IMG/VR virus record: IMGVR_UViG_3300020595_000003
Location: 1-41,593 of that record
DNA length: 41,593 nt
Direction: 5' to 3' (one strand)
Source of the DNA: a virus
Within the stretch, counting starts at the first letter, position 1; each line of letters opens with the position of its first letter. This document shows, piece after piece, positions 22,294 through 31,220 of this stretch. The position numbers and the translations under genes are program-made. The notes beneath the pieces were generated by a model that was given only the letters and a program-made list of their open reading frames with translations, was not told where the DNA came from and did not search any database.

Positions 22294-22337
22294 CCCCTCA
22301 GATTTTCTTGCCGAAATCTTTTGGTTAACCAGCGGCT

Positions 22338-22446
22338 ACCCTATAGTTAACCTGCAGTTACCTGTCGGCTTCATATTTAAGGGCATTCCATCTCCTGTCC
22401 ATTTTATCCTTCGAATTAAGATAAGATGCAGGTCAACCTATAGGGT
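22338..22446. repeat. Imperfect 19/20-bp inverted repeat ACCCTATAGTTAACCTGCA ... TGCAGGTCAACCTATAGGGT (70-bp spacer)
   Basis: The arms span 22338-22356 and 22427-22446. 18 positions match, with 1 mismatch and 1 indel. Each arm reads outward as ..CTATAGGGT, reminiscent of a T7-group promoter core. Confidence 0.6.
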
Positions 22447-22459
22447 CATTACCCTTCGA

Positions 22460-22484
22460 TATACCCTTAGGTGCAACCTTTGAA
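22460..22484 (-). promoter_or_regulatory. Candidate phage-RNAP promoter, copy B (TTCAAAGGTTGCACCTAAGGGTATA|TCGAAGG)
   Basis: 24/25 identity to 14022-14046. It lies in the control region upstream of the early genes, the phiOL-like position in T7. Confidence 0.45.
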
Positions 22485-22600
22485 ATGGGTCATATTAATA
22501 AGGGTTTTTACAAGGTAGGGGGAATATCGATAGTCAAACTTACAGGTCACCTATATATTAAACTTATAGTTGGATACTTCGCAGTAACAGGAGCCGGCAT

Positions 22601-22741
22601 ATGTCTCGTTTAATAAAAGTCTTTTTGGTTGGCCTCCTTCTAACAACTGTTGCCTTTATTGTATTAGTTATTTTGGAGCCTTATTGTCCTCCTCCAGAAT
22701 ATTTGGTGAACGACTTTGGTGGCTGTGAACTCGTCGATTGA
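22601..22741 (+). CDS. 46-aa single-pass membrane/secreted micro-protein (not in the ORF track)
   Basis: Hand translation gives MSRLIKVFLVGLLLTTVAFIVLVILEPYCPPPEYLVNDFGGCELVD. An AGGAG SD lies 7-8 nt upstream. The ORF converges on the TerL stop codon. Confidence 0.45.
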   Translation: MSRLIKVFLVGLLLTTVAFIVLVILEPYCPPPEYLVNDFGGCELVD

Positions 22742-22763
22742 GGAAAATTCGAGATGGTACTGC

Positions 22764-24485
22764 CTACCACCTAAGACTGTTGGTCTTCTGCCCTTGGTGA
22801 CCCGTAAGTACCGCTAGTCCCATTGATGCAGCAGCTTTCAGTCTGTCCAATTCAGCGACCATCAGTTCCTCTTTACGCGCACCCATACGCACCTCTGCAT
22901 CCTGAGCCATCGCATCCACCCAATACTGACAAGCCATAGCTAGAGCATCCAGCCTATCATCATTGGTCAGAGCGCCACGGTCAGCCGTAAGTCGCGTCAG
23001 CTGATACATCAGTTGGTAACGTAGTGCTTGCTCAGGGGGCAGGTGCTGACAGCTATCAAAGTCCTTCTGGATGACCTTCTTGTCCATCACCAGTCTGTGC
23101 TGGTTCATCACAGGTTCGAGGACATCGATAATACGACGTTCCTTCTGTGTGTTATGACGGACTTCACTCATGGTTACCGAATGAACTTTCGACAGAACGG
23201 GCAGGAACAATTGGTTAAACATCCCATCACCGAAGTTGCTCTCGACGATAATTTCGTTGACCTGTTCTTCCTTAGCGATGACCGCGAGTTTCTGCAGTGC
23301 TTCCTCAGAATAACCACCAGCGATACCACCGCATCTGCGGACGTACAGGTAGCCGTTGAGCATTTTGACGACTGCATACCCAGTCTCATCCTTACCGCGT
23401 CCTGAGGGGTCGATAGACATCACTGAGCCGCTATATTCGACGAACTGTTCGGACATAAACATGGGTCGATGGAGATGGTCACCGTTGAATGCCACGTTGG
23501 GTAGTTCTTCGATGATATACTGGTTGTCAGATGACCATACGACCTTCTCAGGGGCCTCTAGGATAGGCACATCCATGATTACTAGGTCGGACACCTTGAG
23601 AGGGTATCTCTCGGCATCAGAGAGCCTCGTATCGAGCATAAACTGTAGCGCAAAACCAGAGCGTCCATAGGATGCTTCGCGTTCCAATAAGTCAAAGTCT
23701 GAGAAGCGATTAGGGTCTGTAGGTTGACTTACAATAGAAGCGTCTGCCTGTAGTTTTCTATCAATAAGGAGGGCGAGTTTATTGCCATATCCTATTGCTT
23801 GGTCTTCGCTTGGATACCTAGCGGGCCAGATGCTCACTTTGTATCCACGGTCGGGTAATTTGTTGTAGAGGCTCTCTTGGTTTTGAGGTGTGCCTAGGTA
23901 GATGATGCGCCCATCTGGTTTGAGGATAGCATCAAATTCCTTCACAGCCTCTGACAGCTTATCGCGCATCCCTTGGGTCATAGAGTTGTTCGGCACTTCG
24001 ATGTCATCTGCAACGATTACATCGGCTCGAGAGCCAGCCAGCTGACCTGAGATACCTACAGACTTAACTGAAGGTGCATGGGACGCGGCAGCGGGTGCTA
24101 CATCAAAGCTAATCTTGGACTGTCTTTGGTCAGTCTTTGGCTGCAGGTGGGCCAAGATGTCCATTTCGTTGATGAGCCTTAGGGTAAACGTAGTGAAGTC
24201 ATCAGAGCGAGACTTCGACGCGGATACGACCAAGATGTTTAACTGCGGGTTCATGTAGAGCAGCCAGACAACGTAGGCTGAGGTAATCCAAGATTTACCC
24301 ACCCCTCTGAATGCTTGGATAATCATTCGCTTATCGCCGTGCTGTAGGTTGTAGGCGATGTCGTATTGAACAGGGGTAGGGTCGGGGAGGTTAAGGTGCT
24401 TCCAGATAACGAAAAGGAACTTTCGAAAATCTGAAAGCGGGTCTTTCGCTATGGGGATACCAAGCGAGGTGTTTGCTTTGAACAT
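22764..24485 (-). CDS. Terminase large subunit (T7 gp19-like)
   Basis: FLFVIWKHLNLPDPTPVQ, IIQAFRGVGKSWITSAYVVW, SVKSVGISGQLAGSRADVIVADDIE, IDPSGRGKDETGYAV and ESNFGDGMF align by eye with T7 gp19. The ATG at 24485 is preferred over the TTG at 24509. Confidence 0.9.
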   Translation of the reverse strand: MFKANTSLGIPIAKDPLSDFRKFLFVIWKHLNLPDPTPVQYDIAYNLQHGDKRMIIQAFRGVGKSWITSAYVVWLLYMNPQLNILVVSASKSRSDDFTTFTLRLINEMDILAHLQPKTDQRQSKISFDVAPAAASHAPSVKSVGISGQLAGSRADVIVADDIEVPNNSMTQGMRDKLSEAVKEFDAILKPDGRIIYLGTPQNQESLYNKLPDRGYKVSIWPARYPSEDQAIGYGNKLALLIDRKLQADASIVSQPTDPNRFSDFDLLEREASYGRSGFALQFMLDTRLSDAERYPLKVSDLVIMDVPILEAPEKVVWSSDNQYIIEELPNVAFNGDHLHRPMFMSEQFVEYSGSVMSIDPSGRGKDETGYAVVKMLNGYLYVRRCGGIAGGYSEEALQKLAVIAKEEQVNEIIVESNFGDGMFNQLFLPVLSKVHSVTMSEVRHNTQKERRIIDVLEPVMNQHRLVMDKKVIQKDFDSCQHLPPEQALRYQLMYQLTRLTADRGALTNDDRLDALAMACQYWVDAMAQDAEVRMGARKEELMVAELDRLKAAASMGLAVLTGHQGQKTNSLRW

Positions 24486-24535
24486 ATTTATCCGTATTAT
24501 TGGTCTCAAATTAAGATTAATTGAGGAATGGAACT

Positions 24536-24769
24536 ATGCGCGCAGTATTAATATGCATGATTATGGCGTTCGGCACGCAGGCTGCCGCTGCTTCCACAAC
24601 ATTAAGGTACTGGGATGGTTCCTATATTGCTCAAATCAGTGGGTTAAAGAGCTTCGGTGAATGTGAGCGGTTAGCTAAGCAAAAACGACTTAAGAGTAAT
24701 CATTTTTATTGTATTGAAACTGGTAAACCCTTTGATAAAAATTTTGAAAGACAAAATAATTGGAATTAG
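24536..24769 (+). CDS. Small secreted protein (77 aa)
   Basis: A GAGGA SD lies 8 nt upstream of the ATG at 24536. The signal peptide is MRAVLICMIMAFGTQAAAA. By eye the region is AT-rich compared with its flanks. Confidence 0.55.
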   Translation: MRAVLICMIMAFGTQAAAASTTLRYWDGSYIAQISGLKSFGECERLAKQKRLKSNHFYCIETGKPFDKNFERQNNWN

Positions 24770-24777
24770 GGTCGAAT

Positions 24778-24996
24778 ATGAATGAAGACAAAAAGCAGAT
24801 GCTGAGAAAATCGTTCGCGGGCAAATCTGTGTCTCAAATGACCAAAGAAGAGCGCGAAGTATTTGATGCGGATTTTCAATACGGTTTCGGTGATAAGCCA
24901 TCCCAAGTTAACACAGCGGCTAACGATGCTTTACCAGAAGAGCCACCAGCCTCAGCCATATCGGTTCACAAGCTGTTTGGCTTGTTTCAGAAATAG
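24778..24996 (+). CDS. Small acidic cytoplasmic protein (72 aa)
   Basis: The ORF begins at the ATG at 24778 (MNEDKKQ...). It has no signal peptide and sits in the plus-strand island. Confidence 0.4.
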   Translation: MNEDKKQMLRKSFAGKSVSQMTKEEREVFDADFQYGFGDKPSQVNTAANDALPEEPPASAISVHKLFGLFQK

Positions 24997-25026
24997 TGAA
25001 TAGTATTTATTTAAGGGCCAATAGTT

Positions 25027-25479
25027 TTGACTAAATTGAAGAGTATATTTGCTGTTATTGTGTTGCTGTTCTCAACTTCAGCGTCTTTTGCTCAGCAATC
25101 AGGATTGGAGTACCTGAAAGGCATCAAACATATAGATGTCTTCTTAGGAGACAGAGCTACGGACGCTTGTTGGACTAATCTTACCGAGTCTCGTGAGTAT
25201 GCCGAAGAGAAAATCCGTATGGCTGGTGGCAATCTTTATGAAGCTGGCACACCAAAAGCACATGGTGAGTATTACTCTTTGAATTTAGTGGTGATTAGCT
25301 CTCGTGCTAACAACGGATTATGCTTTGGATATATCGAAGTTCATCTGACTACTGGCACTAGGTTGAATGGAAAATTTCATATAGCTGGTGTAGGAAATCA
25401 CCAAAATATTTTTGCAAATGCTCCCAATGCAAACAGCCTTGTTATTGATGTAGTGCAAGCATTTTTTAGTGGCGACTGA
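25027..25479 (+). CDS. Secreted protein (150 aa, TTG start)
   Basis: The signal peptide is MTKLKSIFAVIVLLFSTSASFA|QQ. An AAGGG SD lies 9 nt upstream of the TTG. Confidence 0.55.
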   Translation: MTKLKSIFAVIVLLFSTSASFAQQSGLEYLKGIKHIDVFLGDRATDACWTNLTESREYAEEKIRMAGGNLYEAGTPKAHGEYYSLNLVVISSRANNGLCFGYIEVHLTTGTRLNGKFHIAGVGNHQNIFANAPNANSLVIDVVQAFFSGD

Positions 25480-25489
25480 CTGCTATCTT

Positions 25490-25723
25490 TCAGTGAGCCT
25501 TCAGTTCACTAACATCAAAATCAGCATCGCTAAAGTCGGGCAGGGTACGCACTAGGTCACTTAAAGGCGAACCCTCTGCGGGTAAGGCATCAATGCCGTT
25601 GTCCTTTAAGAACTGTCGGGCGACGTTGAGGTCAGCCGATTTAGCCTCAGGGTCTTGGATGCGAAGGAGGAGGTTCTCTGCTAGCGTTTTGTGTAGCAGA
25701 GCCATCATTTCTTTGTCTGTCAT
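25490..25723 (-). CDS. Putative terminase small subunit (T7 gp18 position)
   Basis: The 77-aa ORF follows the holin. It carries an ARQFLKDNGI motif of the kind seen in T7-group gp18 proteins, and an ATGA overlap joins it to the upstream gene. Confidence 0.45.
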   Translation of the reverse strand: MTDKEMMALLHKTLAENLLLRIQDPEAKSADLNVARQFLKDNGIDALPAEGSPLSDLVRTLPDFSDADFDVSELKAH

Positions 25724-26112
25724 TTGGACACTCCAGTGTATTTCTCGAACGTGCGCATTCCACCGAGGCCAAGCAGGGCCATTACGAGTGTCAGCAACTG
25801 TTCACCTTGAAGGTTCGGGAGTTCCGCAGGTAGCGGAAGATACGCGTTGATTAGGGTAGCAAAGGGCAAGACGAGGTACTGATAGGCAAGGCCCAGCGCA
25901 GCAATCCAGCCAATAGCTGGACGCCAACCAGCCACAAATATCGAGCGATGTTTGGCACCTTCAATATTTGCGACTGCTTGGAGAATGTGAGGCTGCTGCA
26001 TCAAAGTCATTAACTTTAACTTCGCGGCCTCACGCTCTTCATCTGATGTGAAAAGGTCGTCTAAACCAGTTGCTAGCCCAGCGACGATACCGCCGATTGG
26101 GTCTAGTTTCAT
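25720..26112 (-). CDS. Putative holin (3 TM, resembles the GTA-type 3TM holin family)
   Basis: An N-terminal DDLFTSDEEREAAK segment is followed by FVAGWRPAIGWIAALGLAYQYLVLPF and LLTLVMALLGLGG hydrophobic segments. It occupies the T7 gp17.5 position. Confidence 0.5.
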   Translation of the reverse strand: MKLDPIGGIVAGLATGLDDLFTSDEEREAAKLKLMTLMQQPHILQAVANIEGAKHRSIFVAGWRPAIGWIAALGLAYQYLVLPFATLINAYLPLPAELPNLQGEQLLTLVMALLGLGGMRTFEKYTGVSK

Positions 26113-26121
26113 AGTGGTTCC

Positions 26122-26385
26122 TTATTGGCTTGCCATCTTCTCGACAGCGCCACGTATATGTTGGATGTTTTCGTCGATACGCGCCATGCTTATCGCTTGG
26201 CTCTGTACCATCTCTTCTACCTTGGTCACACGCTCCGAGAAGGCATTTAGGTTCTCAGTGTTTCGATTAATGTCGGACATCATCATTGATACCGTCCAGA
26301 CTATTGCCGCTGCTTGTGTAACCAGACCGAGGAGGAGAGTTGCGGGGACACTTTTGGATATGTGCCAACCGTCATTTGTGTTCAA
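26122..26385 (-). CDS. Type II membrane protein with a coiled coil (possible lysis accessory or i-spanin-like)
   Basis: An N-terminal TM segment (VPATLLLGLVTQAAAIVWTVSMMM) is followed by a helical region. Confidence 0.4.
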   Translation of the reverse strand: MNTNDGWHISKSVPATLLLGLVTQAAAIVWTVSMMMSDINRNTENLNAFSERVTKVEEMVQSQAISMARIDENIQHIRGAVEKMASQ

Positions 26386-26387
26386 GT

Positions 26388-26606
26388 TTAGTCGTTAGAG
26401 CCTCGAGGCCCTACTTTCCACCAGCGGTCATAGCTAGGTTCTTTAAACCAAGCTGTAGACCCGCCATTTACGGTTGGGTCTGTTTCGACCATCTCATTGT
26501 CAAACGCTTCACCGTACACAACGTACTCAATATCTTGAGGATAGATTGCTGCTGTGAAGTTATGACCGATGCCGTAGTCGCCTAGATTGTCTACTGTAAT
26601 TGTCAT
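26388..26606 (-). CDS. Hypothetical protein (72 aa)
   Basis: The ORF is tightly packed with its neighbours. No motif was recognised. Confidence 0.4.
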   Translation of the reverse strand: MTITVDNLGDYGIGHNFTAAIYPQDIEYVVYGEAFDNEMVETDPTVNGGSTAWFKEPSYDRWWKVGPRGSND

Positions 26607-26616
26607 AGTGTTTCCT

Positions 26617-26967
26617 TTAGAAAATACCTACTGGCCGAGTAGGTTTGATGCCTGTTTCTGGATAATCCAACCACTCGTCTCTCCATACACCCAAGTCGGT
26701 TTGCTGTTGGGAAGAGAGGGAGTTGAACCATAAAGGGTTAAGGACGTTCAACGTCTCTGCGAACTCTTCAGTCCGTTCGAGGGTCCGTTCTGTGTAAGCC
26801 GTCTCTGCTTTTTTAGAGAAGGTTCCATTAAGATACGCGTACCCATCATTATAACCTTCATAGTCATCCTCAACTATGACGCCGCCAAGTTCTGCCTGAT
26901 CTATTTCCACAAACTCTCTTTCACTGTTTCCAGCGAGAATTTCTGTACCTGAAATTAAATAATACAT
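26617..26967 (-). CDS. Possible tail-fibre assembly/chaperone-like protein
   Basis: The C-terminal ...DLGVWRDEWLDYPETGIKPTRP resembles the W..YR..L.D.P....P ending of fibre assembly proteins. It lies downstream of the fibre genes. Confidence 0.35.
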   Translation of the reverse strand: MYYLISGTEILAGNSEREFVEIDQAELGGVIVEDDYEGYNDGYAYLNGTFSKKAETAYTERTLERTEEFAETLNVLNPLWFNSLSSQQQTDLGVWRDEWLDYPETGIKPTRPVGIF

Positions 26968-26976
26968 GATGTATCC

Positions 26977-27828
26977 TTATTTTTTATTCCAATAGAATTG
27001 TTTGTATCTATTGAAAAATTTAGTTGTCAGGCGCGTGTTAACTTCCGCCACCTTATCTTTATCGACAACACCTAACTCCATATCCATCCGCTCTCTCTTA
27101 AAGGGTATGATTTGAGCAATAGGTGTCCCACAGGGGATAAGGAAAGTTCCAACCTCAGACCCTGTCCATACGAATGGAAGGTTTACGTTGGCGTAATATC
27201 TATCTGTATCCACGACACCTTCTATTAGTTGTATGTCGTAGTCCCAGTTGTTCGCGGGGTTTTGGAATTTTATTGAGTAGCCTTCAGAGGTTTCAATAAC
27301 CCAAGGATTGATAAGTTTAAGCAGGACTTTACCCAACTTAAACTTTTTCAACATACAGGCTTGCCCCACTTGGTCCCAGCTATGAGCACCAATCGTCTCT
27401 TCGTTATCGTTATCATTAGAAAAACGCATCTGAATTGCAAGATTGTCGTCTGCTTTATAGCTGGAAATAACCTCATGGGTTTCTTTATCTACTGTTCCAA
27501 TAAGCGTTTCTGGATTGGGAACTACATCAGATAATACCAGCTTGTCTTGGCTGTTATAGAAGTTATGGGAAACTGCCACCTCAACATGTAAGTCTGCCCA
27601 TAATGGTATGATATAACCCTGAGAAACTGCATCTAACACGGGCATACAACGCTTAACTGTGCCAGCTTCCCATTCTTCATGTCCATCAGGTTTAGGTTTT
27701 AAATTCTTAAACCATAAGGGCATTGCCCTTGATGCAGGTACTGGGTGAGGGATTGAGTTAAGTTTCTCAGCGGTCGTATGAAAACTTATTATAGGCTTCC
27801 TATTAAAGAGAAGCATTAAGCGTTCCAC
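26977..27828 (-). CDS. Conserved hypothetical protein (283 aa) following the fibre genes
   Basis: It overlaps fibre gene 2 by 13 nt. The [21 protein letters not shown] and [12 protein letters not shown] motifs recall a beta-rich/cupin-like family of unknown function, though I am not certain of this. Confidence 0.45.
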   Translation of the reverse strand: MERLMLLFNRKPIISFHTTAEKLNSIPHPVPASRAMPLWFKNLKPKPDGHEEWEAGTVKRCMPVLDAVSQGYIIPLWADLHVEVAVSHNFYNSQDKLVLSDVVPNPETLIGTVDKETHEVISSYKADDNLAIQMRFSNDNDNEETIGAHSWDQVGQACMLKKFKLGKVLLKLINPWVIETSEGYSIKFQNPANNWDYDIQLIEGVVDTDRYYANVNLPFVWTGSEVGTFLIPCGTPIAQIIPFKRERMDMELGVVDKDKVAEVNTRLTTKFFNRYKQFYWNKK

Positions 27829-29498
27829 CAGACTGTTGTGGAACCTGCTGAACCACTAATACTTACGTTCCCACCATTCGCAACGTATCCCTGAAACACT
27901 TTGACGTTCTGCCCGTAATATGCACTGTTGCTTCTTACTCCTGAAACGCCTTGGAAACGTCCGTGGACGTGCGTGTTAGCGGAGAACATCCAAGAGCTAT
28001 TACCATTTACCGTTATGTTGGCATTATTAACACTATTGTTGTAGGTTGGACCAGTTACAGTGGTACGAAAGTACCTACCGTTTGAGCCGCCAAGAACCGT
28101 GCCGTTATTACTGTTTACGGTTGATGCGCCTGAATTTGAGAACCACTTTGCTGATGGACCTGCTGGACCTGTAGCACCTGTAGAACCTGTAGCACCAGTA
28201 TTGCCTCGAGGACCTGTTGCACCATTGGAGCCAGCATTTCCTTGCGGTCCTTGATTACCAGTAGCCCCTGCTGAACCTGTAGCACCTGTAGCACCTTGAG
28301 GACCTGTCGGACCTGCCGGACCAACCGCACCTGTACCGCCAGTGGCACCTGTATTACCGGTGTTACCTTTATCGCCTTTAGGGCCTGTAGAACCTTGTGG
28401 ACCCGTACCGCCTTGTGGACCTGTAGAACCTTGAGGGCCTGTCTGACCTTGGATACCTTGACCACCTGTAGCACCTGCAGCACCGGTATTACCTTTTGGG
28501 CCTTGTGAGCCTGTAGGACCTTGTGGTCCAGTGGCACCTGTAGAACCGCGAAGGTTTGTGTAGGAGCCTTGAGTTCCATTAGGGTTTTCAAACCGCAGAC
28601 TGTAGCCTGACCAGTTGTGGTCTGGGGCAGGGCCTGTTGAGCCGGTAGCACCTGTAGAGCCTGTACCACCTTGAGGGCCTTGAGGCCCGATTGCTCCGGT
28701 CGCACCTGTTCCACCTGTAGAACCTTGAGGACCCGTCGCACCTGTAGCACCTTGAGGACCTGTTCCGCCTGTGTTGCCAGTAGGTCCTTGAATACCCTGC
28801 GGGCCAGTGTCGCCATCATCGCCCTGTGGTCCTTGAGGGCCAACTGCGCCTGTATTTCCGATAGGACCTTGTGGGCCTGTAGAACCAGTTGAGCCTGTAA
28901 GACCAATAGGTCCTTGAGAGCCTGTAGAACCTGTAGGGCCTGTATTTCCGATAGGACCTTGTGAGCCTGTGGCACCTGTAGCACCATCATCACCTGCAGG
29001 GCCTGTCGCTCCGATACCGCCTGTCGCGCCAGTATTGCCGATAGGTCCTTGGATACCTTGAGCGCCAGTGTCTCCGTCATCACCTTGTGGGCCTTGTGGG
29101 CCTGTGGCACCGGTATTCCCGATGGGTCCTTGAGGACCTGTAGCACCTGTAGCACCATCATCACCTGCAGGGCCTGTAGCACCTATAGCACCTGTCGGAC
29201 CTGTTGCGCCTGTAGCACCTTGGATACCCTGTGGGCCTTGGTCACCTTCGATGCCTTGGTCACCTTGAGGGCCTTGTGGGCCTGTAGCACCATCAGAGCC
29301 GTCAGAACCGTTTGTACCTTTCTGAGCAACTTGTTGCCAGTAGGTTGTGTTAGTTGTCGCTGTACCAACAGGAACGTCAATACGAGCAACAAATGTTTCG
29401 CCGTAATAGTACACAGCATCTTGTGCAACGTAAGTTGTAGAGGAAACCCAAGTTCCCTTCCAACCCATGCGCACACGACCGATATTTATCTGAGACAT
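27816..29498 (-). CDS. Collagen-like fibre protein 2 (two GXY tracts interrupted by about 30 aa)
   Basis: The 560-aa protein has an N-terminal W/Y-rich domain ([25 protein letters not shown]...YWQQV) and long uninterrupted G-X-Y tracts. Its C-terminal region is non-collagenous and Asn/Ser/Gly-rich. Confidence 0.7.
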   Translation of the reverse strand: MSQINIGRVRMGWKGTWVSSTTYVAQDAVYYYGETFVARIDVPVGTATTNTTYWQQVAQKGTNGSDGSDGATGPQGPQGDQGIEGDQGPQGIQGATGATGPTGAIGATGPAGDDGATGATGPQGPIGNTGATGPQGPQGDDGDTGAQGIQGPIGNTGATGGIGATGPAGDDGATGATGSQGPIGNTGPTGSTGSQGPIGLTGSTGSTGPQGPIGNTGAVGPQGPQGDDGDTGPQGIQGPTGNTGGTGPQGATGATGPQGSTGGTGATGAIGPQGPQGGTGSTGATGSTGPAPDHNWSGYSLRFENPNGTQGSYTNLRGSTGATGPQGPTGSQGPKGNTGAAGATGGQGIQGQTGPQGSTGPQGGTGPQGSTGPKGDKGNTGNTGATGGTGAVGPAGPTGPQGATGATGSAGATGNQGPQGNAGSNGATGPRGNTGATGSTGATGPAGPSAKWFSNSGASTVNSNNGTVLGGSNGRYFRTTVTGPTYNNSVNNANITVNGNSSWMFSANTHVHGRFQGVSGVRSNSAYYGQNVKVFQGYVANGGNVSISGSAGSTTVWWNA

Positions 29499-29503
29499 AT
29501 GTT

Positions 29504-31174
29504 TTACACCGTTGTTACATAGAGGAAGCCATCGGCATCGATTGAGAAATCGTTGTCGTTAGCATCGCCGTAATATTCTATTTGAAGCTCACCATCTGAA
29601 TTGATGGAGAACGTACCGAAAGCTAGGCCGAGTGGGGTTGCACCCATCGCGCCTGTAGGTCCTGCAGAACCGAGTGGTCCTGTATCGCCTTGGTCGCCTT
29701 TAATACCTTGTGGGCCAATCGGTCCTGCTACGCCTTGAGGGCCTAGTGGGCCTGTAGCACCAGTAATACCTTGGGCACCCGTAGGACCTTGTAGGCCGGT
29801 AGCACCCGTAGCACCGATAGGGCCTTGGTCACCTGTAGCCCCCTTAGCACCAGTAGAACCTGTAGCACCGACAGGCCCTTGAGTTCCTTGGTCACCCGCG
29901 ATGCCTTGGTCCCCTTGCAAGCCTTGAGGGCCTTGACTGCCAGTAGCACCTGTAGGGCCTTGTAAGCCAGTAGCACCGTCAGCACCGATAGGGCCTTGGT
30001 CACCTGTCGCGCCTTTAGCACCAGTAGAACCTGTAGGTCCTTGAGGACCCTCATCGCCTGTAGCACCTGTGGCACCGATAGGGCCTTGGTCACCTTGAGG
30101 GCCTTGAGAACCTGTGGCCCCTGTAGGACCTTCAGGGCCTTGGAGGCCAGTATTACCTTCATCGCCTTGAGGGCCTTGAATACCTTGAGGACCTTGAGAG
30201 CCTGTGGCACCAGTTGGGCCTTGGTCACCTTGAGGGCCGACAGGGCCTGTGGCACCAGCGTCTCCGGTAATACCTTGGTCACCAGTGTCACCAGTAATAC
30301 CTTGAGAACCTGTAGGTCCTTCAGGGCCTTGTGGGCCTGTTAAACCTGTGACGCCTTGTGGGCCTGTAGCACCTGTAGCACCTACGTTACCTTGCGTACC
30401 TTCAGGGCCTACTGGTCCTTGGTCACCAGTAACACCTTGGATACCTGTAGGGCCTTGCAGACCTGCAGGACCCTCTGGACCTGTAGCACCTGTTTGTCCT
30501 GTAGGGCCTTGAGGGCCTTGGACGCCTTGGATACCGACTGGGCCTTCTGGTCCTGTAGGTCCGCTGTTACCAACGACACCCTGAACACCTTGAGGGCCTT
30601 CAGATAGGTAGAGAGTGTAGTCACCTGTCGCAGCATCGTAGGTTGCATAACCATCTGTGCCGTAGGGCAGGCGCTCTACGACTGGGTTTAAGTTGTAAAG
30701 TTGATTACGGATTACTGTAGCATCCGCGAGGATTGATAGACCTGTAGTGTTCACAAAGCCGCGTGTAGCCACCTCGTCGTCACCTGTAGGTGTACCAATG
30801 TTCTTGATTGAGTAACCTTTAGCATCCCAGACACCATCTACGTCATCTAACGCGATAGCTTCATCAGCTCTGTCTCTAGCCTCTTCAGCTAAGTATCGGG
30901 ATTGTTTGTTTGCTAAATCAAGGTCAGCTTCGAATAGGGTCGAGCCGTCTGTGAAATCGACCAGCGGCACCTTCGAAGTTTGCCGCTTAATTGTAACTAA
31001 CTGTTGGTCATTAGGGGTGGTTGTAAGTGTGATACTTGTATCGTTGATATAGGTATGTGCAGCCGCAGTTCCGCTCACGAGAACCGTTACATCTGTCCTA
31101 CTGATATAGGGGAATGTAATTGCAAATTCTGAGGTGGTTCCATCGGCGACATACTTGACGATTGAGTCCGTCAT
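29504..31174 (-). CDS. Tail fibre with a T7 gp17 N-terminal adaptor domain and a collagen-like shaft of about 105 triplets
   Basis: [31 protein letters not shown] compares with T7 gp17 [34 protein letters not shown] repeats then run from about residue 193 to about residue 505. Confidence 0.85.
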   Translation of the reverse strand: MTDSIVKYVADGTTSEFAITFPYISRTDVTVLVSGTAAAHTYINDTSITLTTTPNDQQLVTIKRQTSKVPLVDFTDGSTLFEADLDLANKQSRYLAEEARDRADEAIALDDVDGVWDAKGYSIKNIGTPTGDDEVATRGFVNTTGLSILADATVIRNQLYNLNPVVERLPYGTDGYATYDAATGDYTLYLSEGPQGVQGVVGNSGPTGPEGPVGIQGVQGPQGPTGQTGATGPEGPAGLQGPTGIQGVTGDQGPVGPEGTQGNVGATGATGPQGVTGLTGPQGPEGPTGSQGITGDTGDQGITGDAGATGPVGPQGDQGPTGATGSQGPQGIQGPQGDEGNTGLQGPEGPTGATGSQGPQGDQGPIGATGATGDEGPQGPTGSTGAKGATGDQGPIGADGATGLQGPTGATGSQGPQGLQGDQGIAGDQGTQGPVGATGSTGAKGATGDQGPIGATGATGLQGPTGAQGITGATGPLGPQGVAGPIGPQGIKGDQGDTGPLGSAGPTGAMGATPLGLAFGTFSINSDGELQIEYYGDANDNDFSIDADGFLYVTTV

Positions 31175-31220
31175 GTTGTCTCCTTAAAAGAGTAGAGCCC
31201 TCCGAAGAGGGGCCTGTAAC

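Noticed and set aside
21938-22483. Plus-strand ORFs 21938-22204 (88 aa) and 22244-22483 (79 aa)
   Set aside because: They have no SD and an odd composition, and they span promoter-like repeats and palindromes in the control region. They are probably non-coding, but this rejection is low-confidence.
28115-29182. 355-aa minus-strand alternative-frame ORF, plus other long ORFs (28060-28254, 28296-28508, 28671-28892, 29049-29522, 29183-29476, 29743-30291, 29996-30343, 30356-30607, 30409-30654) inside the fibre genes
   Set aside because: These are artefacts of the 9-bp periodic GXY repeat DNA, which keeps several frames open. Their products are low-complexity L/Q/V/K or C/R/T strings.
31198-31211. 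Small hairpin CCCTC-CGAA-GAGGG between the gp16-like gene and the fibre gene as a terminator
   Set aside because: The stem is only 5 bp and the T-rich tract is not adjacent. It could be an RNA processing site, but the evidence is too weak to list.
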